Below are positions 34,866 to 44,400 of a DNA stretch of 64,000 nucleotides, piece by piece. The notes under the pieces were generated by a model. That model saw only the letters and a program-made list of their open reading frames with translations, searched no databases and was not told the DNA's origin. Source of the DNA: Acidimicrobiia bacterium (GTDB lineage: Bacteria > Actinomycetota > Acidimicrobiia > Spongiisociales > ZC4RG35); the NCBI GenBank assembly GCA_040905905.1, contig JBBDQN010000057.1:165-64164 (forward strand). The letters are read 5' to 3'. Numbering within the stretch: position 1 is the stretch's first letter; every line of letters begins with the position of its first letter. Position numbers and translations under genes: made by a program.

Positions 34866-36094
34866 GCGTCCACACAAACAGCTGCAAGCTTTTCGGGTGC
34901 CGCCTCGACCACCCGGGCCCCGAGCCCGCTCAACCTCGCCGCCACTCGTTCCCGGGCTTCGATCACCTCGACCGCGACCGCCTGGCGGAGGGCCGCGGCC
35001 TCGCTGGGAACGGACGGTGCCAGGGCCGTGGCCACCGAAGGATCGGTGACCGACGCCACGACTACCGCATGATGGCGAGAGAGCACCGGCATGGCGCCCA
35101 CCAACGGGCGAGCAGCGGTCTCCTCGAGCAGATCGGTGAGGATCAGGACAAAAGCACGTTTCGCATGGGCAACTGTGCGGAAGGCAAGTTCATAGTCGCT
35201 GTCGTTGATCGAAGGCTCCAGGTCGTAGACGGCTTCGAGCACGGCGTTGGCCCCTTCCCTACGGGGCGACAACTGCCTCCGAATTGTGTGATCAAAGGCG
35301 ACGACGCCGATTCGATCGCCGATTTCGTCGGCCACGGCTGCCATGGCTGCCACGACATCCACCGCGGCATCGAGCCGGGTGAGCGGTGGACGTCCTTCAC
35401 GCGAGGGAAGAGGGGAGGCCATCAACCGCCCGCAGTCGAGTAGACAAACGATCTCGCGGTCTTGTTCCACCCGGTAGGTGTTGGACATGGGATGGCCAAC
35501 GCGGGCGGTGGCGCGCCAGTTGACCTGGCGGATGTCGTCGTCGGGTGAATATTCCCTGATCGATTCCAGTTCAGTCCCCAACCCGAGCGGACCCCGCGAC
35601 CGGCGGCCTTCTCCCCGGAAACGACCAAGCCGAACTTCGGTCGCCAGACGGCGGGCGGCCGGTAGGTCGGGGTACACAAGGACAGCGCGTTCTTCGCCGG
35701 AGCGGTGGAACCACCAGCCGAGCCCGAACGGTCCGGTGGCTCTGGTGGCGGGCAACGGGAAAACGTGGCGACCACGTCGAAGCGCCACTACGTCGGCTTC
35801 CAGCCCACCGTCGCCCTCTTGGGGGATGAGGCGAATGTCGGGGCCAGAGGGCTGGCGGATCCGCAAGGCCGAGGTCCACCCCACCGGTTTGATCGACAAC
35901 GCCGAGGTCACGCCTCTCGACAGTGTGGGTGACACCTGGACCAACAGGACAGGCACCTGTCTCACCAACCATGCGTCGGTGATGGTGACGGCCAGCACGG
36001 CAGCCATCAACATGGCGGCTAGCGCCACCGGTAGCACGAGAGCAGTCAGGGCCACCATGGCCATGAGTGCCGCGGCCCGGGGAGTGGGGCTCAT
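34832..36094 (-). CDS. DUF58-domain protein (vWA-like fold, partner of MoxR ATPases).
   Basis: N-terminal TM helices. DUF58 core ESIREYSPDDDIRQVNWRATARVGHPMSNTYRVEQDREIVCLLDCGRLM. Confidence 0.8.
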   Translation of the reverse strand: MSPTPRAAALMAMVALTALVLPVALAAMLMAAVLAVTITDAWLVRQVPVLLVQVSPTLSRGVTSALSIKPVGWTSALRIRQPSGPDIRLIPQEGDGGLEADVVALRRGRHVFPLPATRATGPFGLGWWFHRSGEERAVLVYPDLPAARRLATEVRLGRFRGEGRRSRGPLGLGTELESIREYSPDDDIRQVNWRATARVGHPMSNTYRVEQDREIVCLLDCGRLMASPLPSREGRPPLTRLDAAVDVVAAMAAVADEIGDRIGVVAFDHTIRRQLSPRREGANAVLEAVYDLEPSINDSDYELAFRTVAHAKRAFVLILTDLLEETAARPLVGAMPVLSRHHAVVVASVTDPSVATALAPSVPSEAAALRQAVAVEVIEARERVAARLSGLGARVVEAAPEKLAAVCVDAYLAAKRRALL

Positions 36095-36104
36095 ATGGGA
36101 GCGG

Positions 36105-37034
36105 TCATCGCGGCACGGTCACAGCGGCCAGGGCCGCTTTTACCGCGTCGTCAGACGAGTACCTCTCGAGTTCCGCCTCAGGTCGCACGAGGATCCGGTG
36201 ACGGAGGACGGGGGTCGACATCCTTGCCACATCATCGGGGGTGACGAAGTCACGACCCGACATGCGGGCAATGGCCTTGGAGGCGGCGAGAAGGTGAATC
36301 GAGGCTCGGGGACTCGCCCCCAGCTCCACCGACGGGAGCGTCCTGGTGTGTCTGACCACCGCGGCCAAATAGGCAAGGACTTCAGCGGCGATCTCGGTGC
36401 CGCTGGCGACCTGTCGCATCTCCAGCAAGTGGTCAGCATTGGTGACGGCACTGACGTCTGAAAGCGTGGCCGGAGCCAGGCCGTCACGGGCCATTCGCAG
36501 CATCGCCAGCTCCTGGTCGGCATTGGGGTAGCCGACCTCGATCTTCATCAAGAAGCGATCCAGTTGAGCCTCGGGCAACGGATAGGTGCCCTCGTACTCG
36601 ATCGGATTCTGGGTTGCGACGACCAGGAACGGGCGGGGGAGAGGGTGAGTGGTACGGTCGACCGAGACCTGGCCCTCGGACATCGCCTCCAGCAGGGCGG
36701 CCTGGGTTTTGGGAGGTGTCCTATTGATCTCGTCGGCCAAGAGGAGTTGGGTGAAAACCGGCCCGGGCCGAAATACGAGGTCGCCTCCTCGCAACGTCAT
36801 TGTCCCGGTGAGATCGGAGGGGAGCATGTCGGGCGTGAACTGGGCCCGGGCGAACGACAACCCCAGAGTCCGAGCCACTGCCTGGGCGAGCAGCGTTTTA
36901 GCGGTCCCTGGCACCCCTTCCAGGAGGACATGTCCACCAACGATGGCCGCCGCCAGGAGTGCGTCGATGGTGGCGGTCTGGCCGATTACCACCTTGCCGA
37001 CCTCTAAGTGCACCTTGTCGCGCAATTCCTTCAC
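36105..37034 (-). CDS. moxR: MoxR-family AAA+ ATPase.
   Basis: VLLEGVPGTAKT (Walker A), LLADEINRTPPKTQAALLEAM (Walker B / sensor), ATQNPIEYEGTYPLPEAQLDRF. Confidence 0.9.
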   Translation of the reverse strand: MKELRDKVHLEVGKVVIGQTATIDALLAAAIVGGHVLLEGVPGTAKTLLAQAVARTLGLSFARAQFTPDMLPSDLTGTMTLRGGDLVFRPGPVFTQLLLADEINRTPPKTQAALLEAMSEGQVSVDRTTHPLPRPFLVVATQNPIEYEGTYPLPEAQLDRFLMKIEVGYPNADQELAMLRMARDGLAPATLSDVSAVTNADHLLEMRQVASGTEIAAEVLAYLAAVVRHTRTLPSVELGASPRASIHLLAASKAIARMSGRDFVTPDDVARMSTPVLRHRILVRPEAELERYSSDDAVKAALAAVTVPR

Positions 37035-37052
37035 GTCACCTCCAACGTTTGA

Positions 37053-38189
37053 TCATGGCAGGGGTACACCAGGCCCCTGGCTGAGCCTCGTCAGGGCCCG
37101 GCCGGCGGCAATCGGATCCCCCGTCTCATCGAGAACGGCCTCGATCTCATCGCTGCTGAGGTCGGCGGCCAGGCCAGCCCGACGAAGAGCATCGTCCGAG
37201 GGCTCCTGACCTAGCCCGGCACGGGTGGCGAGGAGCCTCCGGGTACGGGCCCGTACCGGCCTGATCGACTCGTTGAGACGGCGGGTGCGTCCCAACATCG
37301 CCGCTACAGATTCGATGTAGGCAGCCCGGTCAGGTCGTAGCCGTCGTTCCAGGTCCTCGGGGGGTCCTAGCCGGCGGGCATAGGCGATCATTCCGGCCAA
37401 CCCTGCCACCGCGAGCAATAAGAGAGTCGCTGCCCAACCATCAGGGAGCGCCTGCCAGAAGGAGTCACCCCCGAACCCGTGACGGTATTCGTCGAACACG
37501 GCTGCCCGCCCGTCAAGCAGGGCAACGGCGAGTGCGGCCGAATCGCCCAGCGCCAGGCCCAGATTGAGCAGAGGTGCGGAGTCGGCCAGCCAAACCACCG
37601 AGCCTCGTCCCACCTCCCAGCTGACCCCTACCGGCGTCCCGTCGTCGCCCACCAGAAATGGTGTGGTTCGTCCTGTTCCGGAGAATGAGGCGCCGCCTGA
37701 CAGAGGCACCTCGTCAACGCCGGGGAGCGCCTCGGTTGCAATCGAGGAGGTTGGTCCGCCGACCTGCCAGACGGGTAGGCCAGAACCAAGAACCTCGAGC
37801 AGATGATCGGGGACAGGTCCGGCGAGCACGAGCCGGCCTCCTTCTTGGAGAAGACCGGTGACAGCCTCAAGCTCGGAGTCGGCGAACTCGGCAAATCCGG
37901 CCTCCACCAACAACAGCGTTTGGTCCGGTCGGAGCCGGGACGAGTTGTACGGGCTGCGCATCCGGATCACGTTGATTCCCTCGCTATCGAACAGCTCTGC
38001 CAGAGCGGCGGTGCCGTAAGCAGTGGTCACATACGAGGAGCCGTCGGGCCCGCTGACCCGCTCGCTGGCAGTGAGGTTCCCAAGGATCCATACCAACAGG
38101 TTGACAATGACTATTAAACCTGTGGCCCCGAGCAGCGCCGCTCGGATCCGGCGGCCCTCCGGAGTGATGGTCGTCGACCGAGGAATCAT
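37053..38189 (-). CDS. DUF4350-domain protein.
   Basis: N-terminal TM (LLGATGLIVIVNLLVWILG), then an extracytoplasmic domain, a second TM near the C-terminus, and a cytoplasmic tail. The architecture and operon position are typical of DUF4350. I trimmed the start to the ATG at 38189. Confidence 0.6.
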   Translation of the reverse strand: MIPRSTTITPEGRRIRAALLGATGLIVIVNLLVWILGNLTASERVSGPDGSSYVTTAYGTAALAELFDSEGINVIRMRSPYNSSRLRPDQTLLLVEAGFAEFADSELEAVTGLLQEGGRLVLAGPVPDHLLEVLGSGLPVWQVGGPTSSIATEALPGVDEVPLSGGASFSGTGRTTPFLVGDDGTPVGVSWEVGRGSVVWLADSAPLLNLGLALGDSAALAVALLDGRAAVFDEYRHGFGGDSFWQALPDGWAATLLLLAVAGLAGMIAYARRLGPPEDLERRLRPDRAAYIESVAAMLGRTRRLNESIRPVRARTRRLLATRAGLGQEPSDDALRRAGLAADLSSDEIEAVLDETGDPIAAGRALTRLSQGPGVPLP

Positions 38190-38791
38190 CCACCCACCCC
38201 TGCCACGACCCCGAGGTTGAGCAGTTGTTGCCAACCCTGACGGGCCAAGGCGAAGTCGTCGGCCGTTGCCGTCCGATGACCGTACACGACCTCGTCGAAG
38301 CGTCTCGCCAGCATCTCGAACTCGGGTGATGCCAACAGTTCGGCTACTTCCGCGCTGGTGAGACCCGGCCGGTAGCGAATCTGGCCGGTCTCGTCGAGCC
38401 GTAGCAGCCCAGCCCTGAAAGTAAGCCTGAGGGCGGTGGAGTAATCAGCCCCCGAGGCGGCTCTCTGGGCTTGTCGCTCCAGCTCGGCCGGGTCGGCACC
38501 CCGGGCAAGGACCTGCTCGCGCATGATCCGTAACTCGATCTCGCGAACTCGTCGTTGGCCGAGGTTGCGGGTCACCAAAACGGCGGCGATCACGACAACC
38601 AAAAACAGGATCAGGCCCAAAACCAACGGGCCCCCGATCAAGTTGGCGACGCTCGCCAGGAACTCCACAAACCTGAACCAGAGTTGCTCGAGCCACTCAC
38701 CAAATCTCTCCGAGTTGGTCGGTTGTGCCCGGTATCGCGGTTGGGCGAGAATTCGTTCCGCTTCCTCTCGCAGTCGCTCCGAGTCGACCAC
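38186..38791 (-). CDS. DUF4129-domain protein.
   Basis: One TM (LVLGLILFLVVVIAAVLV) followed by a C-terminal DUF4129-like helical domain. It sits upstream of DUF4350 and MoxR, the canonical gene order. Confidence 0.6.
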   Translation of the reverse strand: MVDSERLREEAERILAQPRYRAQPTNSERFGEWLEQLWFRFVEFLASVANLIGGPLVLGLILFLVVVIAAVLVTRNLGQRRVREIELRIMREQVLARGADPAELERQAQRAASGADYSTALRLTFRAGLLRLDETGQIRYRPGLTSAEVAELLASPEFEMLARRFDEVVYGHRTATADDFALARQGWQQLLNLGVVAGVGG

Positions 38792-38797
38792 CGTTGT

Positions 38798-39757
38798 CTA
38801 TTCGCGACCTGGTGACCCCAAACCGAATGGGTCGTCTGGTTCGGTGGGCGGAAGCGCCGATGGCTGGATCTGTTGCATCTCGGCAGCCATCACTTGGAGG
38901 TCGTATCCCTCGGCCCGCACTCGGAGGTCGAAGTAGAGAACGATCAAGACTGCGGCCAGAAACGGCAGAACCAACACTGATCTGATGGTGGAGCCAACCG
39001 TCGAGACCCAAAGGTCGGCGCTGGTGGTCGTGGTCCCTCCGGTGAAGGTGATGGCAGAGGTGATCAGGCTGATGACCTGGCCAAAGGCGAAGAACACGAG
39101 ATAGGTGAGAGAGACAGCCCCCAACACGGGCCAGAAGCGATGTCGGACCAACTCAAAAGACCGACCCATGGCTTGCACAGGACCTTTGTTCTCGACCACG
39201 AGAGCCGGAATCGCCACCGACCAGGAGGTGAACAACCAGATGCCGGGTGCCAGATAGAACAGAAGGCCAACGCTGGCAGCCGTATAGATGAGGATGGTCG
39301 CCCCCAGGATCGGGAAAAACCTCCTGAAACCAAACTGGATGGAGTCCTGCCAGGTGGGTTCCGCTCCCTGGTAGACGTCGGCAAGAGCCTTGGCGGTCGC
39401 TCCCTGCACGAGGACTGTGCCCAGCCCGGTGATGATGAGGATGCCGACTCCCAATGCCAGAAGCTGAAACGCGTTGCTCAACATCTCCTCGGCCTCTTCC
39501 TGGGTAACCGTTTGGTCGACGGTCAGGGATTCAAAGAATTGGAGTTGGTCAGGAAGACCGAAGGCGGTGACCAACCCCTGAGCCAGCCCGAGAGGGATCA
39601 ACACGATCGCCGAGATCGAGAACAAAACCCGAGCGTTGGCTAACACCAACTTGATGGCGGCATCGACGATTTCACCAACACCAAGCGGGCGCAATTGGGG
39701 TCCGGTCACGGTCGGCAACGGTAGCCGACCGGCCCCTGGTTTGATCCCGCGCACCAA
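38798..39757 (-). CDS. Polytopic membrane protein, possibly of the glycerophosphodiester-phosphodiesterase membrane-domain (GPDPase_memb-like) family. It is the first gene of the MoxR operon.
   Basis: N-terminus RPLGVGEIVDAAIKLVLANARVLF, then 6-7 TM helices. The family assignment is made from memory of that motif and is tentative. Confidence 0.5.
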   Translation of the reverse strand: MVRGIKPGAGRLPLPTVTGPQLRPLGVGEIVDAAIKLVLANARVLFSISAIVLIPLGLAQGLVTAFGLPDQLQFFESLTVDQTVTQEEAEEMLSNAFQLLALGVGILIITGLGTVLVQGATAKALADVYQGAEPTWQDSIQFGFRRFFPILGATILIYTAASVGLLFYLAPGIWLFTSWSVAIPALVVENKGPVQAMGRSFELVRHRFWPVLGAVSLTYLVFFAFGQVISLITSAITFTGGTTTTSADLWVSTVGSTIRSVLVLPFLAAVLIVLYFDLRVRAEGYDLQVMAAEMQQIQPSALPPTEPDDPFGLGSPGRE

Positions 39758-39785
39758 CTTGAACGGTCATTCAGCCGAGATCTCC

Positions 39786-41207
39786 ATGGCGCCCGGAAAA
39801 GCGCGATACTCGCAGGTGCCAAGCCACTATCAGGAGAGCCCGTTGGCCACCACAACCTCCAGCATTCGCCTCGTCACCGATGTCCCGGGACCCCGGAGCC
39901 GTGCGATTTTGTCACGACGGGAAGCGGCCACCCCCCAGGGCAACGCCAAGTTGACCCCGATTTCGATCGAATCGGCCCACGGCTCGGTGGTGGTAGACGT
40001 CGATGGCAATCAGTACATCGATCTGGCTGGCGGAATCGGAGTCTTGGCAGTCGGACATACACCGGAGAAAGTGGTCTCGGCCCTCCAGGAGCAGGCCGCC
40101 CGGCTGATCCACATGTGCGCCATCGTCTCCACCTACGAGCCCTTCGTCGCGGTAGCCGAACGCCTGAACCAGCTTGCTCCGGGTGACTTTGACAAGAAGA
40201 CGGTTTTGATGAGCACCGGGGCCGAAGCAGTCGAAACCGCCGTTCATATCTCGCGGGCCTTCTCCAAACGACAAGGGATCGTCGTCTTTGAAGGCGGTTA
40301 CCACGGGCGCACCAACCTGACCATGGCAATGACCTCGAAGTTCAACTTGTTCAAGAAGGGTTTTGGACCTTTCGCTCCCGAGGTCTATCGATTCCCCTTC
40401 CCCAACCTCTACCGGAGACCGGTGGGGATGAGTGAGGAAAGTTTCATCGACTGGCATCTCTCGTTGCTCGACCATGCCTTTATGGCCCAGGTCGATCCTG
40501 CTCACGTGGCGGCGATGTTTGTCGAACCTGTCCAGGGCGAAGGCGGGTTTGTGCCTGCGCCGGCGGTCTGGTTGCAGCGGCTCCGGCAATTGGCCGACCA
40601 GCACGGAATCCTCCTGGTATCCGACGAGATCCAGGCGGGCATGGGTCGAACCGGAAAACTCTGGGCCATCGAGCATGCCGAGGTCGTTCCCGACCTCCTG
40701 ACAACCGCCAAGTCGCTGGCGGCCGGCATGCCGCTATCGGCGGTGGTCGGTCGGGCCGAGGTGATGGACGCACCACACCCCGGCGGTCTCGGCGGCACCT
40801 ATTCAGGCAACCCTCTCGCCTGCGTCGCCGCCCTGGCAGCGATCGACCAGATCGCTACTCCCGAGTTTCTCCAACGATCCGTCGAGATCGGGGAGAGACT
40901 GCGCGGTCGTCTGACGGAGATTCAGGTGCGCCATCCTTCGCTGGTAGGCGATGTACGCGGGCTCGGTTCGATGTTGGTCATGGAGATCGTCAAAGATGCG
41001 GTATCCAAGGTGCCCTGGATGGAGGCGACGGCGGCGATCACAGCTGCCACCGTCAAACGCGGAGTCATCACCATCCGGGCTGGCCTCTACTCCAACTGTG
41101 TGCGGTTCCTGCCACCGCTCACGATCACCGATGCAGAGCTTGACGAGGCCCTCGATGTCGTTGCCATCGCGGTTGACGAGGTGGCGGCGGAGATGGGCGC
41201 CGCGTAA
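39786..41207 (+). CDS. gabT: Class-III PLP aminotransferase (4-aminobutyrate or putrescine aminotransferase, GabT/PatA-like).
   Basis: GGYHGRT, DEIQAGMGRTGKLWA and TTAKSLAAGMPLSA (Lys site). I trimmed the start to the ATG at 39786. TAATG coupling to the next gene. Confidence 0.8.
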   Translation: MAPGKARYSQVPSHYQESPLATTTSSIRLVTDVPGPRSRAILSRREAATPQGNAKLTPISIESAHGSVVVDVDGNQYIDLAGGIGVLAVGHTPEKVVSALQEQAARLIHMCAIVSTYEPFVAVAERLNQLAPGDFDKKTVLMSTGAEAVETAVHISRAFSKRQGIVVFEGGYHGRTNLTMAMTSKFNLFKKGFGPFAPEVYRFPFPNLYRRPVGMSEESFIDWHLSLLDHAFMAQVDPAHVAAMFVEPVQGEGGFVPAPAVWLQRLRQLADQHGILLVSDEIQAGMGRTGKLWAIEHAEVVPDLLTTAKSLAAGMPLSAVVGRAEVMDAPHPGGLGGTYSGNPLACVAALAAIDQIATPEFLQRSVEIGERLRGRLTEIQVRHPSLVGDVRGLGSMLVMEIVKDAVSKVPWMEATAAITAATVKRGVITIRAGLYSNCVRFLPPLTITDAELDEALDVVAIAVDEVAAEMGAA

Positions 41208-42640
41208 TGGAGTACCGCCAGTACATCGGCGGCCAATGGAACGGCGCCAACAACGGCGGCACCTGGGAACTCGTCAACCCCGCTACCGAGGAGATCATCG
41301 ACCTCTTGCCTTACGGCGATGCCGATGACGCCCTAGCGGCTCTAGATGCGGCGGACCACATCTTCGCGACATGGTCGCAGACGACCCCATACGAGCGGGC
41401 GGCAATCCTCCACAAGGCGGCCGACATCATGGAAACCCGCGCCGGTGACTTCGCAGCCGTCACAACCGAGGAGTCGGGGAAGCCGCTAGGTCAATCCAAG
41501 GCCGAATGGCTGTCGTGCCCCAACTATTTCCGTTGGGCGGCGGAGGAAGCCAAGCGGGTCTATGGGCGGTGGATCCCATCGCGAATGGCCAATCGTCGCA
41601 TCGATGTGACCTATCGCCCGGTGGGCGTAGTCGGTCTGATCACGGCCTGGAACTTTCCCGTCTACAACCAGGCCCGCGCGATAAGTTCGGCACTTGCGGC
41701 CGGATGCACGATGGTTTCCCGACCAAGCGAATTCACGCCGCGCTCGGCCATGCTGATCACCGCATGTCTGGAGGAGGCCGGGTTGCCGGCCGGCGTCCTC
41801 AACCTTGTCAACGGTGAACCGTACCCCATCGGTCAGGTGATGTTGAATGATCCGCGCTGTCGCAAGATCAGCTTCACCGGATCGACCAGGGTTGGAAAAC
41901 TCCTCATGGACGGTGCCAGTCGAACGGTCACCCGCCTTGCCCTGGAGATGGGGGGAAACGCCCCGGTGATCATCTTCCCGGATGCCGGTGATGTCGCCAC
42001 TCTGGCGAACAACGGTCTCTCGGCCAAGGTACGCAATGCCGGCCAGGTTTGTGTCGCCCCGCAGCGGTTCTACGTCCACGGGAAGATCTCCGAACAGTTC
42101 ACCCACGCGGCGGTCGAGGCGGCTCGCGCCCAGGTGGTGGGAGATGGCAGCGACCCCGCCACCACTATTGGACCGCTCATCAACGCCACCCAACGCGATC
42201 GGGTCGAACGGATCGTGGCTGACACGGTCGATCAGGGAGGTACGGTCCGAACCGGCGGTACCCGCCTCGATCGCCGGGGGTACTTCTTCCAGCCGACCGT
42301 AGTGACCGACGTCAAACCGGGCAGCCCTCTCCACGAAGAGGAGGTATTCGGGCCGGTGCTTCCGATTATCGAGTTCGAATCGATAGAAGAGGTCCTGGCA
42401 ATGGCCAACTCCACCGAATACGGCCTGGCCGCCTTCGTCCACACTCGAGACATCGCCACCGCCATGGCCGTTTCGGAACAACTCGACTACGGGATGGTGG
42501 GTGTGAACGACTGGTACGTCGCAACTCCCGAAGCTCCGTTCGGGGGGATGAAGCAATCCGGTTTGGGCCGGGAGTCAGGCAGTGAAGGGGTCTTCGAATA
42601 CCTCGAGCCCAAGACCAGATACTTCGGAGGAATCGTTTGA
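41207..42640 (+). CDS. gabD: NAD(P)+-dependent succinate-semialdehyde / aminobutyraldehyde dehydrogenase (ALDH family).
   Basis: FTGSTRVGK, LEMGGNAP (catalytic Glu region), GQVCVAP (catalytic Cys) and EEEVFGPVL. Confidence 0.85.
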   Translation: MEYRQYIGGQWNGANNGGTWELVNPATEEIIDLLPYGDADDALAALDAADHIFATWSQTTPYERAAILHKAADIMETRAGDFAAVTTEESGKPLGQSKAEWLSCPNYFRWAAEEAKRVYGRWIPSRMANRRIDVTYRPVGVVGLITAWNFPVYNQARAISSALAAGCTMVSRPSEFTPRSAMLITACLEEAGLPAGVLNLVNGEPYPIGQVMLNDPRCRKISFTGSTRVGKLLMDGASRTVTRLALEMGGNAPVIIFPDAGDVATLANNGLSAKVRNAGQVCVAPQRFYVHGKISEQFTHAAVEAARAQVVGDGSDPATTIGPLINATQRDRVERIVADTVDQGGTVRTGGTRLDRRGYFFQPTVVTDVKPGSPLHEEEVFGPVLPIIEFESIEEVLAMANSTEYGLAAFVHTRDIATAMAVSEQLDYGMVGVNDWYVATPEAPFGGMKQSGLGRESGSEGVFEYLEPKTRYFGGIV

Positions 42641-43713
42641 AGGACCGTCCAATTCGACTTCTCCAACTCGAGGGGGACCCCTTCGACCGCGGGGCCGCCC
42701 ATGGGGCGGCCTATCACAACGAGATACGTCGCTACGCGTCAGAGCGAGTGCGGTTGTCGGCGAACGGCTCCTGGGCTGGCCGTCCTGCCACCGCCTCCGA
42801 CGCGCTGCTACTGGCCGAGAAAATGCTGCCCGCCCACCGAAGCTACGCCCCTGATCTCTTCGAGGAGTTGGAGGGCCTGGCCAGGACGTCCACCATCTCG
42901 CTCGCCGAGGCGGTCATCGTCGGTGGTTTCACCGATTTCGTCGATGCGGTCTGGGCGCAGGGGGCGGTGCCGGTGGTCGAGGAAGACGATTGCACGGCGG
43001 TGATGGCCCCGCCCGAGGCCACTGAGGACAGCGGCCTTTTCGGCCAGACCTGGGATATGCACGACAGCGCCACCGAACATGTCAGCCTCATCAGGGTGGT
43101 GCCGGCCGCCGGACCCCGCGCCCTCATCTTCACAACGGTCGGCTGCTTGGGCCAGATCGGCCTCAACTCGGCGGGCATATCGGTTGGCATAAACAACCTG
43201 GTGGCGGCATATGGCGGTGTGGGGGTGACCTGGCCGTTTGTCGTGCGCAAGGTCCTGCAGCAGACCAATCTCGAGGCGGCGCTTGAATGTGTACTCGAAG
43301 CCGAACTGGCCGGCGCTCACAACTACCTGTTGATGGACCGCACCGGCAAGGGTTACAACATCGAGGCCATGCCGGGCCATCGGGCAGTGACGGCGCTCGG
43401 AGACGATCCTTTCATTCACACCAACCATTGCCTCGATCCCGAGGCGCGGGCCAGGGAGGCGGTGCGCCCGGCCGATCTCCTTGCCTCCTCCGAGGCGCGG
43501 CTGGCCAGGGCCACAGAGTTGATGAAGGTCCGTCCGATCACACCGGAGGACCTGATGGCGCTAACCCGAGATCCGGAGGCGATCTGTCGGCGTTCGACTG
43601 CGCCCCATCACAACGAATCGTCGGGCGCCGCCATCATGCGCCCGAGCAGCGGGGAGTTCTGGGCTTGTTGGGGTGTCCCCGCTGACAACGAATACGAGAG
43701 CTTCACAGTATGA
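42637..43713 (+). CDS. Peptidase C45 / acyl-CoA:6-APA acyltransferase-like Ntn-hydrolase family protein.
   Basis: About 358 aa with an EEDDCTAV segment carrying the candidate nucleophile Cys. TTG start 6 nt after GGAGG. The family call is moderately confident. Confidence 0.6.
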   Translation: MKDRPIRLLQLEGDPFDRGAAHGAAYHNEIRRYASERVRLSANGSWAGRPATASDALLLAEKMLPAHRSYAPDLFEELEGLARTSTISLAEAVIVGGFTDFVDAVWAQGAVPVVEEDDCTAVMAPPEATEDSGLFGQTWDMHDSATEHVSLIRVVPAAGPRALIFTTVGCLGQIGLNSAGISVGINNLVAAYGGVGVTWPFVVRKVLQQTNLEAALECVLEAELAGAHNYLLMDRTGKGYNIEAMPGHRAVTALGDDPFIHTNHCLDPEARAREAVRPADLLASSEARLARATELMKVRPITPEDLMALTRDPEAICRRSTAPHHNESSGAAIMRPSSGEFWACWGVPADNEYESFTV

Positions 43714-44351
43714 ATGATCTTCGCGTCGTCAACTTGACGCAAGACCTGGCGGCGCAGTGTGCCGCCCTCGAACGCCTCGCCTTTCCCCACGCCGATCCCG
43801 CCGACCTGCTTGATGAAGAAGACATCCGCGTCTACGCCAACACCTTCCCCGAGGGGTTTTTCGTCGTCCTCGATGGAAACCGGGTGGTGGGGCAAGGCGC
43901 CGGGATCTTTCTCGACTTCGATTTCGATCATCCGCAACACACGATCGCCGAGATCACCGGGGATCATCAATGCGGGAACCACGATCCGGAGGGGGAGTGG
44001 TACTACGGCACCGACATGGTCGTTCACCCCGACTACCGGCGCCGGGGGATCGGGAGCCGCCTCTACGAGGTGCGCAAGGACCTGGTCATGGAAAGCAACA
44101 AGGCCGGAATCATCGCCGGAGGTCACATCCCCGGTTATCCCGAACACCGGGATGCGATGACTGCTCCGGAGTACATCAACAGCGTCGCAGCCGGCAAGTT
44201 GTACGACCCCACCCTTAGCTTCCAGATTGAGAACGGCTTCCGTGTCGCCGGCGCCCTGGAGAACTACCTCAAGGACGAGGAAACGGATAGCTATTCGGCC
44301 TTGATCGTGTGGGACAACCCGGAATACCAAAGGAGCAAGGCAGGCCGATGA
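43710..44351 (+). CDS. GNAT-family N-acetyltransferase.
   Basis: HPDYRRRGIGSRLYE is the acetyl-CoA binding motif A. ATGA overlap with the upstream gene. Confidence 0.7.
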   Translation: MNDLRVVNLTQDLAAQCAALERLAFPHADPADLLDEEDIRVYANTFPEGFFVVLDGNRVVGQGAGIFLDFDFDHPQHTIAEITGDHQCGNHDPEGEWYYGTDMVVHPDYRRRGIGSRLYEVRKDLVMESNKAGIIAGGHIPGYPEHRDAMTAPEYINSVAAGKLYDPTLSFQIENGFRVAGALENYLKDEETDSYSALIVWDNPEYQRSKAGR

Positions 44352-44400
44352 GGGCTTGTCATACAATCGGCCAAGGCGGCTGGAAAAAGGAGAAATTGAA

